A stretch of 64,000 nt of DNA. Source: Planctomycetota bacterium. GTDB lineage: Bacteria; Planctomycetota; JAJSAM01; JAJVHW01. Under the pieces are notes generated by a model. That model worked only from the letters and a program-made list of their open reading frames with translations. It did not search any database and was not told the DNA's origin. A program made the translations under genes and the position numbers. Each line of letters opens with the position of its first letter. The stretch's first letter is position 1. This document shows, piece after piece, positions 38,633-49,158 of the stretch. The DNA lies in NCBI GenBank assembly GCA_965248445.1, contig CBDFJG010000002.1:128001-192000 (forward strand), read 5' to 3'.

Positions 38633-40069
38633 ATGCGCATTCGAGCGTTCCTCGTCGTCGCCTCCCTCGCCGCCACCGCTTCGGCGTGCGCCGCCCCTGC
38701 TGCCGAGGGCGTGGCGACCCGTCGAGCGCAGCTCGTCGCCGAGGCATCGCCGCAGCTCGTCACCAAGCCGGGCGTCATCCAACCGGTCGGGGTGACGTTC
38801 GTCGCGGACGGAGCAACCGACATCTACGGCGACGCCTCGCTCGACGTCCTGCTGACGGAACAGCGGCGGATCTCGCTGCCCGCCGCAGGGTCCGACGTGC
38901 TTGCCGGGGGTCGCGTGCCCGCGTCGTTCGAGGCGGAGGCCGACGGGAGGACGGTGCAGAGCGCGACCGCGGTGCGCATGCGCAACGGCCGTGTCGTGAC
39001 GGGCCGTCTCCTCGACGACGACGGCGAGTCGATCCAGCTCGAGATCGGCACCGACAGTGGCGGGACCGCCACGACGCGCCTGCGCTACTCCGAGTTGCAC
39101 CCGCGTACGGTGTGCGAGTTGCGGAGCCGCCGGCTGCCCGACGACGACGCGTCCGGTCACCTCGCCATCGGCAAGTACGCCGCAGACAACGGCCTGTATG
39201 ACATCGCGCGCGTGCACTACATGCACGCCGGGACGCTCGGCGGCGATCACGGCGTCGAGGCAGACCAGCGCCTCATGGTGCTGCTCGACACGGCGTCGCG
39301 CTCGGAACTTGCGCGCGCCCGTTCGGCCCTGGATGCGGGCAAGGAGCGCGAAGGCGACCGCATCCTCGAGCGACTGCAGCGCGAATTCCCGGGCAGTGCG
39401 GCCGCCGGGGAGGGCGCAAGGCTCTACGCTGCACGGACCGCGCGGCGCGCGGCCGTCGAGCGAGAGGCCGCTCTCATCAAGCTGTTCGCGCCCGTGGACA
39501 AGCTGTACGCGCAAGCGCTCGAGCACACACGCAAGGGCCTCGCAGAGGCGGAGAACAGTCGCCGCGCGGCGGCGTCCTTCAAGGCCGCGCGCGACCGCGT
39601 GCTCCAGGCAGAGGGACGGCTCGGCCGTCTCGCGAAGAGGAACGGCAGCACTGACGGCGTCGAAGCGGCTGTGGCAAGCACGGGCGACTCGCTGTCGTCT
39701 CACTTCGTTGCCAACCAGATCCACCTGGCCAGCGTCGAGATGACGCGGGGCAAGTTCGACACGGCGCTCGGCGCGGTCAACGAGGCGATTGGGCGCGATT
39801 CGTCCAATCGGGAGGCATTGTCACTGCGCGCGCGGATCGAGACCGGATCCGCGGCTGCGCGGCATGATGACGAGTGGCGCCGGCTGGGCCGCTACCACAG
39901 CGGCGGAATTCACCGCGGGTTCTATCCGTACGGCTGGAGACGCTTCGGCCACCGCGGGTGGCGCGGCACGTCGCTGACGCACGGTACGGGCACGCGCAGC
40001 ATCGGCCGCCGCGTCAGCCCGAGCGGCGCGGGCAGCGGCAACATGTTCGGTGGCCGCAGAGCGCGCTGA
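38633..40069 (+). CDS. Hypothetical lipoprotein with TPR-like helices
   Basis: RBS AGGAG; lipobox ASA-C; VRMRNGRVVTG module, EFPGS.AA and RGKFDTAL TPR-like motifs; G/R/H/W-rich tail. Confidence 0.7.
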   Translation: MRIRAFLVVASLAATASACAAPAAEGVATRRAQLVAEASPQLVTKPGVIQPVGVTFVADGATDIYGDASLDVLLTEQRRISLPAAGSDVLAGGRVPASFEAEADGRTVQSATAVRMRNGRVVTGRLLDDDGESIQLEIGTDSGGTATTRLRYSELHPRTVCELRSRRLPDDDASGHLAIGKYAADNGLYDIARVHYMHAGTLGGDHGVEADQRLMVLLDTASRSELARARSALDAGKEREGDRILERLQREFPGSAAAGEGARLYAARTARRAAVEREAALIKLFAPVDKLYAQALEHTRKGLAEAENSRRAAASFKAARDRVLQAEGRLGRLAKRNGSTDGVEAAVASTGDSLSSHFVANQIHLASVEMTRGKFDTALGAVNEAIGRDSSNREALSLRARIETGSAAARHDDEWRRLGRYHSGGIHRGFYPYGWRRFGHRGWRGTSLTHGTGTRSIGRRVSPSGAGSGNMFGGRRAR

Positions 40070-40087
40070 TCGCGGCGCACTCGACGG

Positions 40088-42316
40088 CTACTTCGAACCG
40101 CGGCTGCGGCGCCGGCTCTTCTTCTTCTTGGGCACCGGAGCCACCAGGTCCTCGTCCGTCATCGGCAGCATCTCCTCGGTGGAGCTCCCGATCGGGGCCG
40201 AATGGCCGTCTACGGACAGGCTCGAACCGGTGTTCGAGTGCTCGTCGGTGGCCTCGAAGCCCGCGGGCGGCCCGTCGAACTGCAGGGTCTGCGTGCCGAC
40301 CATGTCCGGGCCGGCCGTACCGTCCGCGATGGACGCCGTCTGCTCGTGGACGCCGCCCGACTCACCGGCGGGACTGCTGTCTGCCAGCGCGTCGAACGAG
40401 TGCAGCTCGGTGTCGGGGAGCAGCGACTCCGGACGGAAGTCCTCGACCTCGCTGCGCAGCGCCTCGAGGTTCGTGAGGAGCTGATCCCACTCGGTGCCGG
40501 ACTCGGGTGCGACCATGTCCATGTCGACGGGCGTGCCCTCGACATCCGCGTCGTCGACGCTGGCGAAGTCGTCCAGCTCCGGCGCTTCCGCGTCCGCCAC
40601 GGCAATCGTCTTTCCGACGACTGTCTCCACCCCCGATGCGAGGCGGCGCATGACGTCGGTCACCACGGTGGAGATACCCCCACGCATCTTCACGATCTGC
40701 TCCGCGTGCAATGAAGCCTCGCGCTCGTTGCGCGCATCCGCGTCAGTGACCTGCACGCGCAGGTCTTCGATCTCGGTGCGCAGCCGCTGCACTTCGGCGT
40801 CGTGCGCGGCCCGGTCGGCATCCTGCTGTGTGCGCGCGGTCGCCGCCGCATCGGCGGCGCGCTGCTCGGCGAGCTCGCGCTCGTCGGCGAGCGTCCGCAC
40901 CAGTCCGGCGTGCTCGTCTTCCAACGACGCGAGCGTCGCGCGGACGTCGGCAAGACCCGACTCCGCGACGTCACCCCGCTGCTTGGCGTCGGTCAGCTCG
41001 CCGTCGAGGTCCCGTGCACGGTCTTCCGCCGCACGCTGCTTGGCGCGCTCTTCGTCACGCTCTCGTTCGACCGCGGCGAGGCGCTCAGCGGCTTCCTGCG
41101 AAGCGGTCAGCGCATCGTGGCGGGCCTGACCCACCAGTTGTTCGAGCTCGGACGCGCGCGTCGTCAGATCCGCCGCCTCACGCGTGGTGCGGTTGCTGTC
41201 GGCCACGGCGCTCTCGAGCTCGGCGCGACGCTCCTGCAGCTCCTCGCGCAGCGACTGGTTGTTGCGGCGCGCCGCCTCGACGTCGTCGCGCAGTTTCGCG
41301 ACGACCTGGTTCGACTCCGCGGTCTCTTCGCGCAGCAGATCGATCGTCGCCTGAAGCTGTTCGACAACCTGCTGAGCGGACCCGGCCTCGCTGGACTTCG
41401 CGTCGAGCCGCGAACGCTGCTGCGAGAGCTGGTCGCTCAGCGTCGAGACGCTGGCTTCGTTCTCGGCCAGCGCCCGCCGGGCGTCCGTGGCCTCGGCGCG
41501 TGCTTCCTCGGCGACGCGGTTCGCGGCGCCGAGATCCTCGCGCGTGCTCTGCAGGGACGCCTCGATCTTGGAGAGCTCGTCGCTGCGCTGGCGTGCGGAC
41601 TCCGCGGCCTCTTCTGCACGGCGGCGCTCGCTCTCGACAGCTTCGCCGGCGGCCTGCGCGCCGCGCACGGCTTCGCGGGCAGCCGCGCGCTCGTCGGCGA
41701 GCGTCGTCTCGAGCTCCTCGACGCGTGCACGGGCAGCAGCGAGCTCGTCCGCGGAGCGACCCGCTCCCTTGAGCGTGTGCTGCGTCTCGTCCAGGTCGCG
41801 CTTCACCGCGTCGCGCGCATCCTCGGCCTCGCGCAGGCGTTGCTGCCAGACCTCGTGCACCTCGGCGAGCCGCGCCTCGTTCTGGCGGCGCACCTCGTCG
41901 AGTTCGCGCCGGGCGGCGTTGCGCTCGCTGACGGCCGCATCCACCGCGAGATCGTGTGCCTCCCGATCTGCGTCGACGCCCAGCTGCGTGTTCTCTTCGA
42001 GCCGCGAGAGGCGGTCCATGAGCTGGTCGCGCTCCGCGGAGATCGCGGTGTGGCGCGTCTTCAGCTTGTGCAGCCACGGCTCGAGCTTCTTGAGCTTCGT
42101 TTCCATCTCGCGGACGCGACCCGTGTACGCATGGCGCTCGCGGGCGAGGGTGTCCTCCGCCTCGAGAGCGCGCTGCTCGAGTCGCACGAGTTCCTCGGCC
42201 AGTCGCGATTCGCCACCGCCCGCGGTGCCTGCCTTGAGCTTCTCCGAGATGCGCTGCACTGCGCTCTCCCACTCACCCTCCGCGACGTCGCCCGCAGCTT
42301 CGTTGTGCTCGCTCAT
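40088..42316 (-). CDS. Long coiled-coil protein with an acidic, disordered C-terminus
   Basis: About 550 aa of A/E/R/L heptads, a D/E/P-rich tail, and terminal KKKKSRRRSRGSK. Confidence 0.75.
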   Translation of the reverse strand: MSEHNEAAGDVAEGEWESAVQRISEKLKAGTAGGGESRLAEELVRLEQRALEAEDTLARERHAYTGRVREMETKLKKLEPWLHKLKTRHTAISAERDQLMDRLSRLEENTQLGVDADREAHDLAVDAAVSERNAARRELDEVRRQNEARLAEVHEVWQQRLREAEDARDAVKRDLDETQHTLKGAGRSADELAAARARVEELETTLADERAAAREAVRGAQAAGEAVESERRRAEEAAESARQRSDELSKIEASLQSTREDLGAANRVAEEARAEATDARRALAENEASVSTLSDQLSQQRSRLDAKSSEAGSAQQVVEQLQATIDLLREETAESNQVVAKLRDDVEAARRNNQSLREELQERRAELESAVADSNRTTREAADLTTRASELEQLVGQARHDALTASQEAAERLAAVERERDEERAKQRAAEDRARDLDGELTDAKQRGDVAESGLADVRATLASLEDEHAGLVRTLADERELAEQRAADAAATARTQQDADRAAHDAEVQRLRTEIEDLRVQVTDADARNEREASLHAEQIVKMRGGISTVVTDVMRRLASGVETVVGKTIAVADAEAPELDDFASVDDADVEGTPVDMDMVAPESGTEWDQLLTNLEALRSEVEDFRPESLLPDTELHSFDALADSSPAGESGGVHEQTASIADGTAGPDMVGTQTLQFDGPPAGFEATDEHSNTGSSLSVDGHSAPIGSSTEEMLPMTDEDLVAPVPKKKKSRRRSRGSK

Positions 42317-42469
42317 GGATCGTCTCTCACAGCAAAGCGGATCGCCGGCCCCACCGAAGGGGGAGTGGCCGGACCCGCCACGCTCTCATCGGACGCCGGG
42401 GGCCTCGGAATTGACTGGCTGAGTCAGCCTCGCCCGAGCCTGAGGCGCAGTGCTGGTGAACGGGGCGGG

Positions 42470-43175
42470 CTACGGGAGCCTGACGGGAAGCCTCTCGGCC
42501 ACGCTCACGTGGGCTCCGCGGAACCGCACGCGGTAGGCCAGGGCCTCGACGCCCGCGGCGACGGCCTCACGCAGGGAGCGCCCGTACTCGGCATCGATGT
42601 CGTCCGCGGGCTCCATGACGTCGCAGTCCCGTCGGTTGACGAGGAAGAACATGACGCCGCGGCCGGCGCCGCTCCGCACGACCTCGGTCAGCTGGCGAAG
42701 GTGCTTCTGCCCGCGCTCGGTCACCGAGTCGGGAAACCGGGCCACACGGTCCGCGCAGAGTGTGGCGTTCTTCACCTCGACCCAGCACGGCTGGCGGCCG
42801 GCGTGAGCGAGATGCAGATCGATGCGCGTGCCCTTCGTGAGGACGACTTCTGTGCGCAGCTGGTCGTAGCCCGCGAGCTCGGGCACACGGCCTCGCTCGA
42901 TCGCGTCCCGCACGACGTGGTTCGGGAGCATCGTGTTGACGCCGACCCACGCCCCGCGCACCTTGACCCGTTCGAGCGTGTGGCGGAGCTTCCGCTTCGG
43001 ATTCTGCGAGTCGCTGATCAGCACCGCGCTGCCGGGGCGGTCGAGGCCGAGCATCGATCCCGAGTTCGCACAGTGCACGGTCATCTCGCTGCCGTCGGGC
43101 AGACGCACGTCGGCGAGGAACCGCTTGTAACGCCGTAAGAGCGTCGCGCGGAGCAGCGGGGATTTTGATCCGCAC
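42470..43175 (-). CDS. sfsA: DNA/RNA nuclease SfsA (start anomalous)
   Basis: RRYKRFLADV, HCANSGSM, RIDL, WVEVKNATL, FPDSVTERGQKHL, GVEALAY. The natural GTG at 43175 is out of frame by one base. Confidence 0.9.
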
Positions 43176-43193
43176 TGTTTCAGACCACGAGCG

Positions 43194-44885
43194 TCACAGG
43201 CGGTCGTAGCGCGGTCCGTCGCCGCCCTCGGGTGTGACCCACGTGATCACCTGGTACGGGTCCATGATGTCGCACGTCTTGCAGTGCACGCAGTTGGCGA
43301 AGTCGATCTGGAGCTTCTTGCCGGTGGCGGCACTGTCGTCGTCCACGATGTTGTAGACCTGCGCGGGGCAGAAGCGCGTGCACGGGTTGTTGAACTCGCT
43401 CGCGCAGCGAGTTACGCACAGGTCGGTGTCGGCCACCTTCAGGTGGCTCGGCTGGTCCTCGTTGTGCTTCGTGCCCGAGTGATAGACGTTCGTCAGCTTG
43501 TCGAACGTGGCCGCGCCGTCGTACTTCGGGCGGCGGAACGTGCGCGCCTCTTCGCCGAGGCCGTGATGGTCCACGTAGCGGTCGACCTGCTCCATCTCCT
43601 CGTGGCCGGCACGCCGTCGGCCGCGTCCGAAGACACCGAGGCCGTTCGTCGCCATGATCATCGCGGAGTTGAAGAGGCCGGCAACCGTGCCGAAGCGGAA
43701 CCCCGAGTGGAAGTTGCGCGAGAAGCGCAACTCCTTCTCGACGAACGATCCGTTGATGCGCGTGTTGTAGAGCGAGAGTGCGTCCGCCGACGTGTCGCCC
43801 GCCCGCACTGCTTCGAACGCCGTCTCCGCCGCGAGCATGCCGGTCTTCATCGCCGTGTGGATGCCCTTCAGGCGCATCGGGTTCAGGAAGCTCGCGACGT
43901 CGCCGCAAAGCAGCACGCCGTCGGCGTACGGCTGCGGGATCGTGTGGTATCCGCCCTCGGGCAGCGCTTTGGCGCCGTACTGGATCATCTTGCCGCCCTC
44001 GAGCATCTTCGCGATCTCGGGGTGCGTCTTCAGTTGCTGGAAGAGAGCGTGCGGCTCGAGGTTCGGGTTCTTGTAGTCGAGTCCGATGACGAGTCCGATG
44101 TCGATGATGTCGTCGGCCATCGTGTAGATGAACGAGCCGCCGAACGTGTGGTCGTCGAGCGGCCAGCCCATGGTGTGGATAACTTGGCCCGGCTTGACGG
44201 AGCCGCTCGGCATCTGCCAGAGCTCCTTGATGCCGATCGCATAGACCTGCGGGTCGCTCTCCGCGTCCATGCCGAGCTTCGGGATCAGCGTCTTGGCGAG
44301 GGAGCCGCGCACGCCCTCGCCGAGCACGGTGACCTTGGCCTTGATGTCGATGCCCGGCTCGAAGTTGGGCTTCCTGTTCCCGTCCTTGTCGATCCCCTTG
44401 TCGCCCGTGCGCACGCCGACGACCGTGTCGCCGTCGTAGAGCATCTGGTCGCCCGCCGTCTCGGTGAACACCATCACGCGGCCGCTCTCCTCGGCGATGT
44501 CGCCGAGCCACTTGGCGAGCCGCCCGATCGAGATGACGTGATTGCCGTGGTTGCGCAGCGACTTGGGTACGAACGGCGCCTTCAGCTTGTCGTTGTGGTG
44601 CAGGAACCAGACTTCGTCATCGTCGACGTCCGCCTCGATCGGACAGCCGCGCGTGACGTAGTCCGGGATCAGCTCGCGGATCGCGATGGGGTCCATCACC
44701 GCGCCCGACAGCGCGTGGAAGCCGATCTCGGCCGACTTCTCGATCAGCGCGATCTGGAGGTCCTCCTCGCCGAGACCCGCTTCGTCGGCGAGTTGCGCCA
44801 GGCGGATCGCGCAGCCGAGCCCCGCCGGGCCCGCGCCGACGATCAGGATGTCGACCTCCATCTCCTCGCGAGCTACTTCGGACAT
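43194..44885 (-). CDS. Electron transfer flavoprotein-ubiquinone oxidoreductase (ETF-QO/FixC-FixX-like)
   Basis: IVGAGPAG, HALSGAV, GIKELW, HTMGWPL, KGIHTAMKTGM, and 4Fe-4S motifs CTRFCPA and NCVHCKTCDI. Confidence 0.95.
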   Translation of the reverse strand: MSEVAREEMEVDILIVGAGPAGLGCAIRLAQLADEAGLGEEDLQIALIEKSAEIGFHALSGAVMDPIAIRELIPDYVTRGCPIEADVDDDEVWFLHHNDKLKAPFVPKSLRNHGNHVISIGRLAKWLGDIAEESGRVMVFTETAGDQMLYDGDTVVGVRTGDKGIDKDGNRKPNFEPGIDIKAKVTVLGEGVRGSLAKTLIPKLGMDAESDPQVYAIGIKELWQMPSGSVKPGQVIHTMGWPLDDHTFGGSFIYTMADDIIDIGLVIGLDYKNPNLEPHALFQQLKTHPEIAKMLEGGKMIQYGAKALPEGGYHTIPQPYADGVLLCGDVASFLNPMRLKGIHTAMKTGMLAAETAFEAVRAGDTSADALSLYNTRINGSFVEKELRFSRNFHSGFRFGTVAGLFNSAMIMATNGLGVFGRGRRRAGHEEMEQVDRYVDHHGLGEEARTFRRPKYDGAATFDKLTNVYHSGTKHNEDQPSHLKVADTDLCVTRCASEFNNPCTRFCPAQVYNIVDDDSAATGKKLQIDFANCVHCKTCDIMDPYQVITWVTPEGGDGPRYDRL

Positions 44886-45002
44886 GCGTCGTCTCCGCTG
44901 TGGGGCCGCGGGCACGCCGCCGACCGGGATCGAGCGGGCGATCGTACAGACGGCGGCTGCGGGCCGCATGCTTCCCGCTACCCTGCCCCGAGGAGGACGT
45001 CC

Positions 45003-45659
45003 ATGAAACTGGATCGCACTGAGGCGCGCGTGCTGGGAGCGCTGATCGAGAAGGAGTTCACGACTCCCGACATCTACCCGCTCACCATCAAGGCGCTGAC
45101 CGCCGCCTGCAACCAGAAGAGCAATCGCGACCCGGTCATGACGCTCGAGGTGTTCGAGATCGAGGGCTGCCTGCTGGGCATGCGGCACCGGGACGGCCTG
45201 GCCCGAGTGGTCGAGCGTGCCGGCAGCCGGACCGTGCGCTACAGCGAGCACCTCGCCGACGCGCTCGGGACATCGAAGCAGGAGACCTGCATTCTGGCGG
45301 AGTTGCTCCTGCGCGGTCCGCAGACCTCCACCGAGTTGCTCCGCCGCTGCGACCGGATGGCGCGCTACGACGGCGCCAACTCCATGGACGCACTCCTCCG
45401 CGACCTGGCGCAGCGCGGCTTCGTGCAGGTGCTTCCCCGCGGGCCGGGTCAGCGCTACGCCCGCTGGGGCCAGCTCCTCTGCACGGACGGCGCGCCGGCC
45501 ACCGCCGACCCCGAGCCGCTACTCACCGCGGCACCGCCGCCGGCCGCTGCTCCGGCCGCTCCCCCGTCACCGTCCCCATCCCTGCGTGACGAACTGGCCA
45601 CGCTGCGCGACGAGGTCGCCACACTTCGTGAACGCGTGGAGCGGCTCGAGGGGCGGTAG
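45003..45659 (+). CDS. YceH/DUF480 family protein
   Basis: EARVLGALIEKEFTTPDIYPLT...ACNQKSNRDPVM, LLLRGPQT, C-terminal coiled coil; RBS AGGAGG. Confidence 0.92.
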   Translation: MKLDRTEARVLGALIEKEFTTPDIYPLTIKALTAACNQKSNRDPVMTLEVFEIEGCLLGMRHRDGLARVVERAGSRTVRYSEHLADALGTSKQETCILAELLLRGPQTSTELLRRCDRMARYDGANSMDALLRDLAQRGFVQVLPRGPGQRYARWGQLLCTDGAPATADPEPLLTAAPPPAAAPAAPPSPSPSLRDELATLRDEVATLRERVERLEGR

Positions 45660-45672
45660 CTCTGACGGCGGA

Positions 45673-46353
45673 TCACGACCAGGGCTTCTGGAAGAACTCG
45701 AAGCTCTCGCCGCGGCCACGCGCCTGCCATCCCATCGAGTGCAGGTCGCCCCGGCCCATGTGTCGTGCGGCGCCCCTCACGACGTAGACGCCGACGGGAC
45801 CCAGCAGGGCCATCGCCGGCCGCGACGCCTGTTTCGGATCTACGTTCAGCAGCTTGCAGGCGCGTCCCGGCAGCACGTTGCAGACCAGCACGTCGCGGAT
45901 GTCCTTCCCTGGAGCCGCGAGACCGAGCGCAAGGAACGCATCGTCGAGGAGGGAAGCATCGCCGCGTCTCACGGCGTCCGTGCTCGCCGCCTGTACCGAG
46001 CAGAGAAACTGCCCGTCGATGGACGCGCGCACGGCTGGAGAGAGCGAGGTGCGCGCGCCGTTCGACGCGGTGCGGAATCGGCTCAGCAACTCGCCGAGCA
46101 ACACCTCCGCTTGCCCTCCGGACTCCGGATTCGCGCGGCAGTGCTCGGCCTGTGCATCCATCCACCGACGGAACTCGTCCGTGTCGTTCAGGGGCGCCAC
46201 GTCCGGCAGATCCGGAGGCCGCCACGCGTCCTGGATCGCGCGGATCTCGTCGACCAGTTCGTGCAGTCGCGCGCCCGGCTGGTCAGGTGGCGGTCGCGGC
46301 GGCGCGTCTCGTGAGATCCGGTCGGCCCACTCGTGGATCTCGCCGAGCGTCAC
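45673..46353 (-). CDS. Hypothetical protein
   Basis: 226-aa ORF starting 5 nt after the ferredoxin stop; no recognisable motif. Confidence 0.5.
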   Translation of the reverse strand: MTLGEIHEWADRISRDAPPRPPPDQPGARLHELVDEIRAIQDAWRPPDLPDVAPLNDTDEFRRWMDAQAEHCRANPESGGQAEVLLGELLSRFRTASNGARTSLSPAVRASIDGQFLCSVQAASTDAVRRGDASLLDDAFLALGLAAPGKDIRDVLVCNVLPGRACKLLNVDPKQASRPAMALLGPVGVYVVRGAARHMGRGDLHSMGWQARGRGESFEFFQKPWS

Positions 46354-46357
46354 GCGG

Positions 46358-46729
46358 TCAGTCCCTCACGACGTTCGGACCGGGGTGGTGGCCGCGGAAG
46401 AGCAGGCGCTCGACCGGGCGGCCGGCGATCAGGTGCTCGCTGACGATCTCGTCGACGTCGCCGAGGGACACGCCCGCGTACCAGGTGCCTTCGGGGTAGA
46501 CGACGATCATGGGGCCGTGACCGCACTGCGCGAGGCAGCCGGACTTGTTGACGCGCACGCGCACCTTGCCGCATGCCTCGCGGGCCGCGCTCTTGAGCGC
46601 GGCGTGCAGTTCGACACTGCCTTGTCCGGGGCAGGTCTTCCCTGCGATGCAGACGAACACGTGCCGCTCGAACGGGCAGCCGCCGTCGTCGAGGACCGGG
46701 CGTTCGGGAACGGGCGCGCCGTCCGTCAC
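46358..46729 (-). CDS. Thioredoxin-like (2Fe-2S) ferredoxin
   Basis: HVFVC...C, SGCLAQCGHGP..VVYPEGTWY, EIVSEHL; GTGA-coupled to the acyl-CoA dehydrogenase. Confidence 0.92.
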   Translation of the reverse strand: MTDGAPVPERPVLDDGGCPFERHVFVCIAGKTCPGQGSVELHAALKSAAREACGKVRVRVNKSGCLAQCGHGPMIVVYPEGTWYAGVSLGDVDEIVSEHLIAGRPVERLLFRGHHPGPNVVRD

Positions 46730-47901
46730 GTGCTCTTCTGCTCCCGTCCGATGATCTCGCGCGCGATGACGATGCGCTGGATGAGGCTCGTGCCCTCGTA
46801 GATGCGCAGTCCCGGCGCGTCGCGGTAGTGGCGCTCGACCGGTAGTTCGTTCACGTAGCCGCGCGCGCCGTGCAGGAGGACGGTCTCCCCCGCCCACTTG
46901 CACGCCGCCTCGGTGGCGAACAGCTTCGCCATCGAGACCTCCTTCGTGCGCTTCTCGTTGCGACAGGCCATCCAGGCAGCACGCCGGACGAGCAGCCGCG
47001 CCGCCTCGGTGTCGCACGCCATGTCGGCGATGCGCTCCTGCACCATCTGGAAGTCGCCGATGCGCTTGCCGAACTGGCGGCGGGAGCGGCCGAAGGCGGT
47101 CGCCGCATCGAGGCACGCCTGCAGCAAGCCCACCGCGCCCGCGGCCACTCCGAGCCGGCCGTGATCGAGACCGCCCATCGCCACCTTGAAGCCGCCACCG
47201 ACCTCGCCCAGCACGTCGGCGGGACCGACGCGCACGCCGTCGAGCGTCAGCTTCGCGTGCTCCGACGAGCGATGGCCGAGTTCGACACCGGGCATGCGGT
47301 CGCGGCGCAGTCCCTCGGCGTCTCCGCGAATCAGGAACGCCGTCACGCCCTTGTGGCGGAGCGCCGGATCGACGGTCGCCATCACGATGAACACTCCGGC
47401 GGAGAGCGCGTTCGTGATCCAGATCTTCTCGCCGCTGATGCGCCAGCCGTCGCCGTCCGGCGCCGCGTGCGTCGCGATGGCGGCGGCATCGCTCCCTGCG
47501 CCCGTCTCCGTGAGCGCGTACGCACCGATGACGCCGCCGACGGCCAGCCGCGGCAGCCACTCCTGCTTCTGCGCATCGCTGCCGTGGTCGTACAGGCACT
47601 GCGAGACGAGACCGACGTGCACCGACAGGAACCCGCGCACGCTCTGGTCGACGCGCCCGATCTCCTCGTACATGTGCGCGAGCTGGAGCGCGTCCCAGCC
47701 GAGACCCCCGAGGTCTTCGGGCAGCGGCGCTCCGAGCAGTCCCTCAGCCGCGAGCGCCATGACGGCGTCGCGCGGGAACGTGCGCGTCGCGTCGGCATCG
47801 CGTGCGACGGGCGCGACGACCTCCTCCGCCAGACGGCGGCAGAGGTCTCGCGCCACGACATCCTGCGGCCGCGGCGCGGCGATCCCGTCGTTTGTCGTCA
47901 C
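46726..47901 (-). CDS. Acyl-CoA dehydrogenase
   Basis: YALTETGAGSD, GEKIWITN, RRQFGKRI, HGARGY, RIYEGTS. Confidence 0.96.
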   Translation of the reverse strand: MTTNDGIAAPRPQDVVARDLCRRLAEEVVAPVARDADATRTFPRDAVMALAAEGLLGAPLPEDLGGLGWDALQLAHMYEEIGRVDQSVRGFLSVHVGLVSQCLYDHGSDAQKQEWLPRLAVGGVIGAYALTETGAGSDAAAIATHAAPDGDGWRISGEKIWITNALSAGVFIVMATVDPALRHKGVTAFLIRGDAEGLRRDRMPGVELGHRSSEHAKLTLDGVRVGPADVLGEVGGGFKVAMGGLDHGRLGVAAGAVGLLQACLDAATAFGRSRRQFGKRIGDFQMVQERIADMACDTEAARLLVRRAAWMACRNEKRTKEVSMAKLFATEAACKWAGETVLLHGARGYVNELPVERHYRDAPGLRIYEGTSLIQRIVIAREIIGREQKST

Positions 47902-48692
47902 CTACCGGTCCAGGCGGGTGGACGCTTGGCGCACCACGCCTTGAAGAACTCGGCGTGGTCCTTGCCCATCATCATCAGCGCCTGGCCGAGCGTCTCGGTC
48001 TCCATGGCGCTCTCGAAGTCCTGATCCTGCTCGCGGCGAAGCATGCGCTTGGTCAGCTCGTGCGCGAGGGTCGGACCGTTGGCGAAGCGACGGGCCATGT
48101 TGAACACGACGGTTTGCAATTCGTCTTCGCCGACGACGCGGTTGGCCAGTCCGATGCGGTGCGCCTCCTGGGCGTCGATCGTGTCGCCCAGCAGCAGCAA
48201 CTCCGATGCGCGCCCGAAGCCGATGACTCGCGGCAGCAGGTACGCGGCGCCCATGTCGGCGCCGGTCAGGCCGACCTTCGTGAACACGAACCCGAATTTC
48301 GCGCTCTCGGCGCAGATTCGAAGATCGGCGGCCAGCGCAATCACCGCGCCGGCGCCGACGGCAGCGCCACGAACCTGAGCGATGACCGGTTGCGGCATCT
48401 CGCGCAGGTTCCTGACACAGGCACCCGTCAGTTCCGTGAACTGCAGGTGGTCGTGAGCGTCCTTCTCGAGCAACTCGCCAATGATCTCGTGCACGTCGCC
48501 GCCGGCGCAGAAGGCTGCCCCCTTGCCGCGCAGGATGACGCACTTGACGTCAGGGTTCCTGGCGAGCGACCGCGTGAGGTGTTCGAACTCCCTGTAGGCA
48601 TCGAACGTGAGCGCGTTGAGCTTGTCCGGACGGGTGAACGTGATGGTCCCGACGTGGTCGGCGACCTCGAACTCGATGTGCTCGTACTCCAT
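47898..48692 (-). CDS. Enoyl-CoA hydratase/isomerase family protein
   Basis: RPDKLNALTF, AFCAGGDV, AVGAG, DMGAAYLLPRVIG. Confidence 0.93.
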   Translation of the reverse strand: MEYEHIEFEVADHVGTITFTRPDKLNALTFDAYREFEHLTRSLARNPDVKCVILRGKGAAFCAGGDVHEIIGELLEKDAHDHLQFTELTGACVRNLREMPQPVIAQVRGAAVGAGAVIALAADLRICAESAKFGFVFTKVGLTGADMGAAYLLPRVIGFGRASELLLLGDTIDAQEAHRIGLANRVVGEDELQTVVFNMARRFANGPTLAHELTKRMLRREQDQDFESAMETETLGQALMMMGKDHAEFFKAWCAKRPPAWTGR

Positions 48693-48756
48693 GACCCGAG
48701 TGTCCGGCCGGGAGGGGCCCGCGGCACCTGGAAAACGCCCGGAGGGCCGCTCAGCA

Positions 48757-49155
48757 CTACCTGAAGGCTTCGAGGAGGAGATTCCTCCACAGGAAGGAGC
48801 GCTCCGTCACGGATCCACCGCGTCCGATCCGCAGGTCCACCGAGCCGAAGTGACCCTCGTCGATGTAGACCTCGGCCTCGTACTCCCCCGCTCCCTTATC
48901 GCCGTCCCAGCGAACCACGAGCAGGTCCTCGTACGCGGCGCGATGCACGTGCGCCACCTCAGTCGGTGCATCGACCTCGCTGGTCACGACGGAGCCCGCG
49001 AGCTCGGTCGTCACGCGGGTGGTCCCCGCGGGCACAGCGACGCGCACGTCGATCGTCAGCACGCACTGACGGACGAACACCGACACGAGGACGAGGATGG
49101 CCATGAGCAGCACGGCCGTCCGAAGGCAGACGCGCCTCGGCCGCGACCACGCCAT
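48757..49155 (-). CDS. Small hypothetical membrane-anchored protein
   Basis: N-terminal hydrophobic helix; starts 4 nt after the SDR stop. Confidence 0.45.
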   Translation of the reverse strand: MAWSRPRRVCLRTAVLLMAILVLVSVFVRQCVLTIDVRVAVPAGTTRVTTELAGSVVTSEVDAPTEVAHVHRAAYEDLLVVRWDGDKGAGEYEAEVYIDEGHFGSVDLRIGRGGSVTERSFLWRNLLLEAFR

Positions 49156-49158
49156 CGA

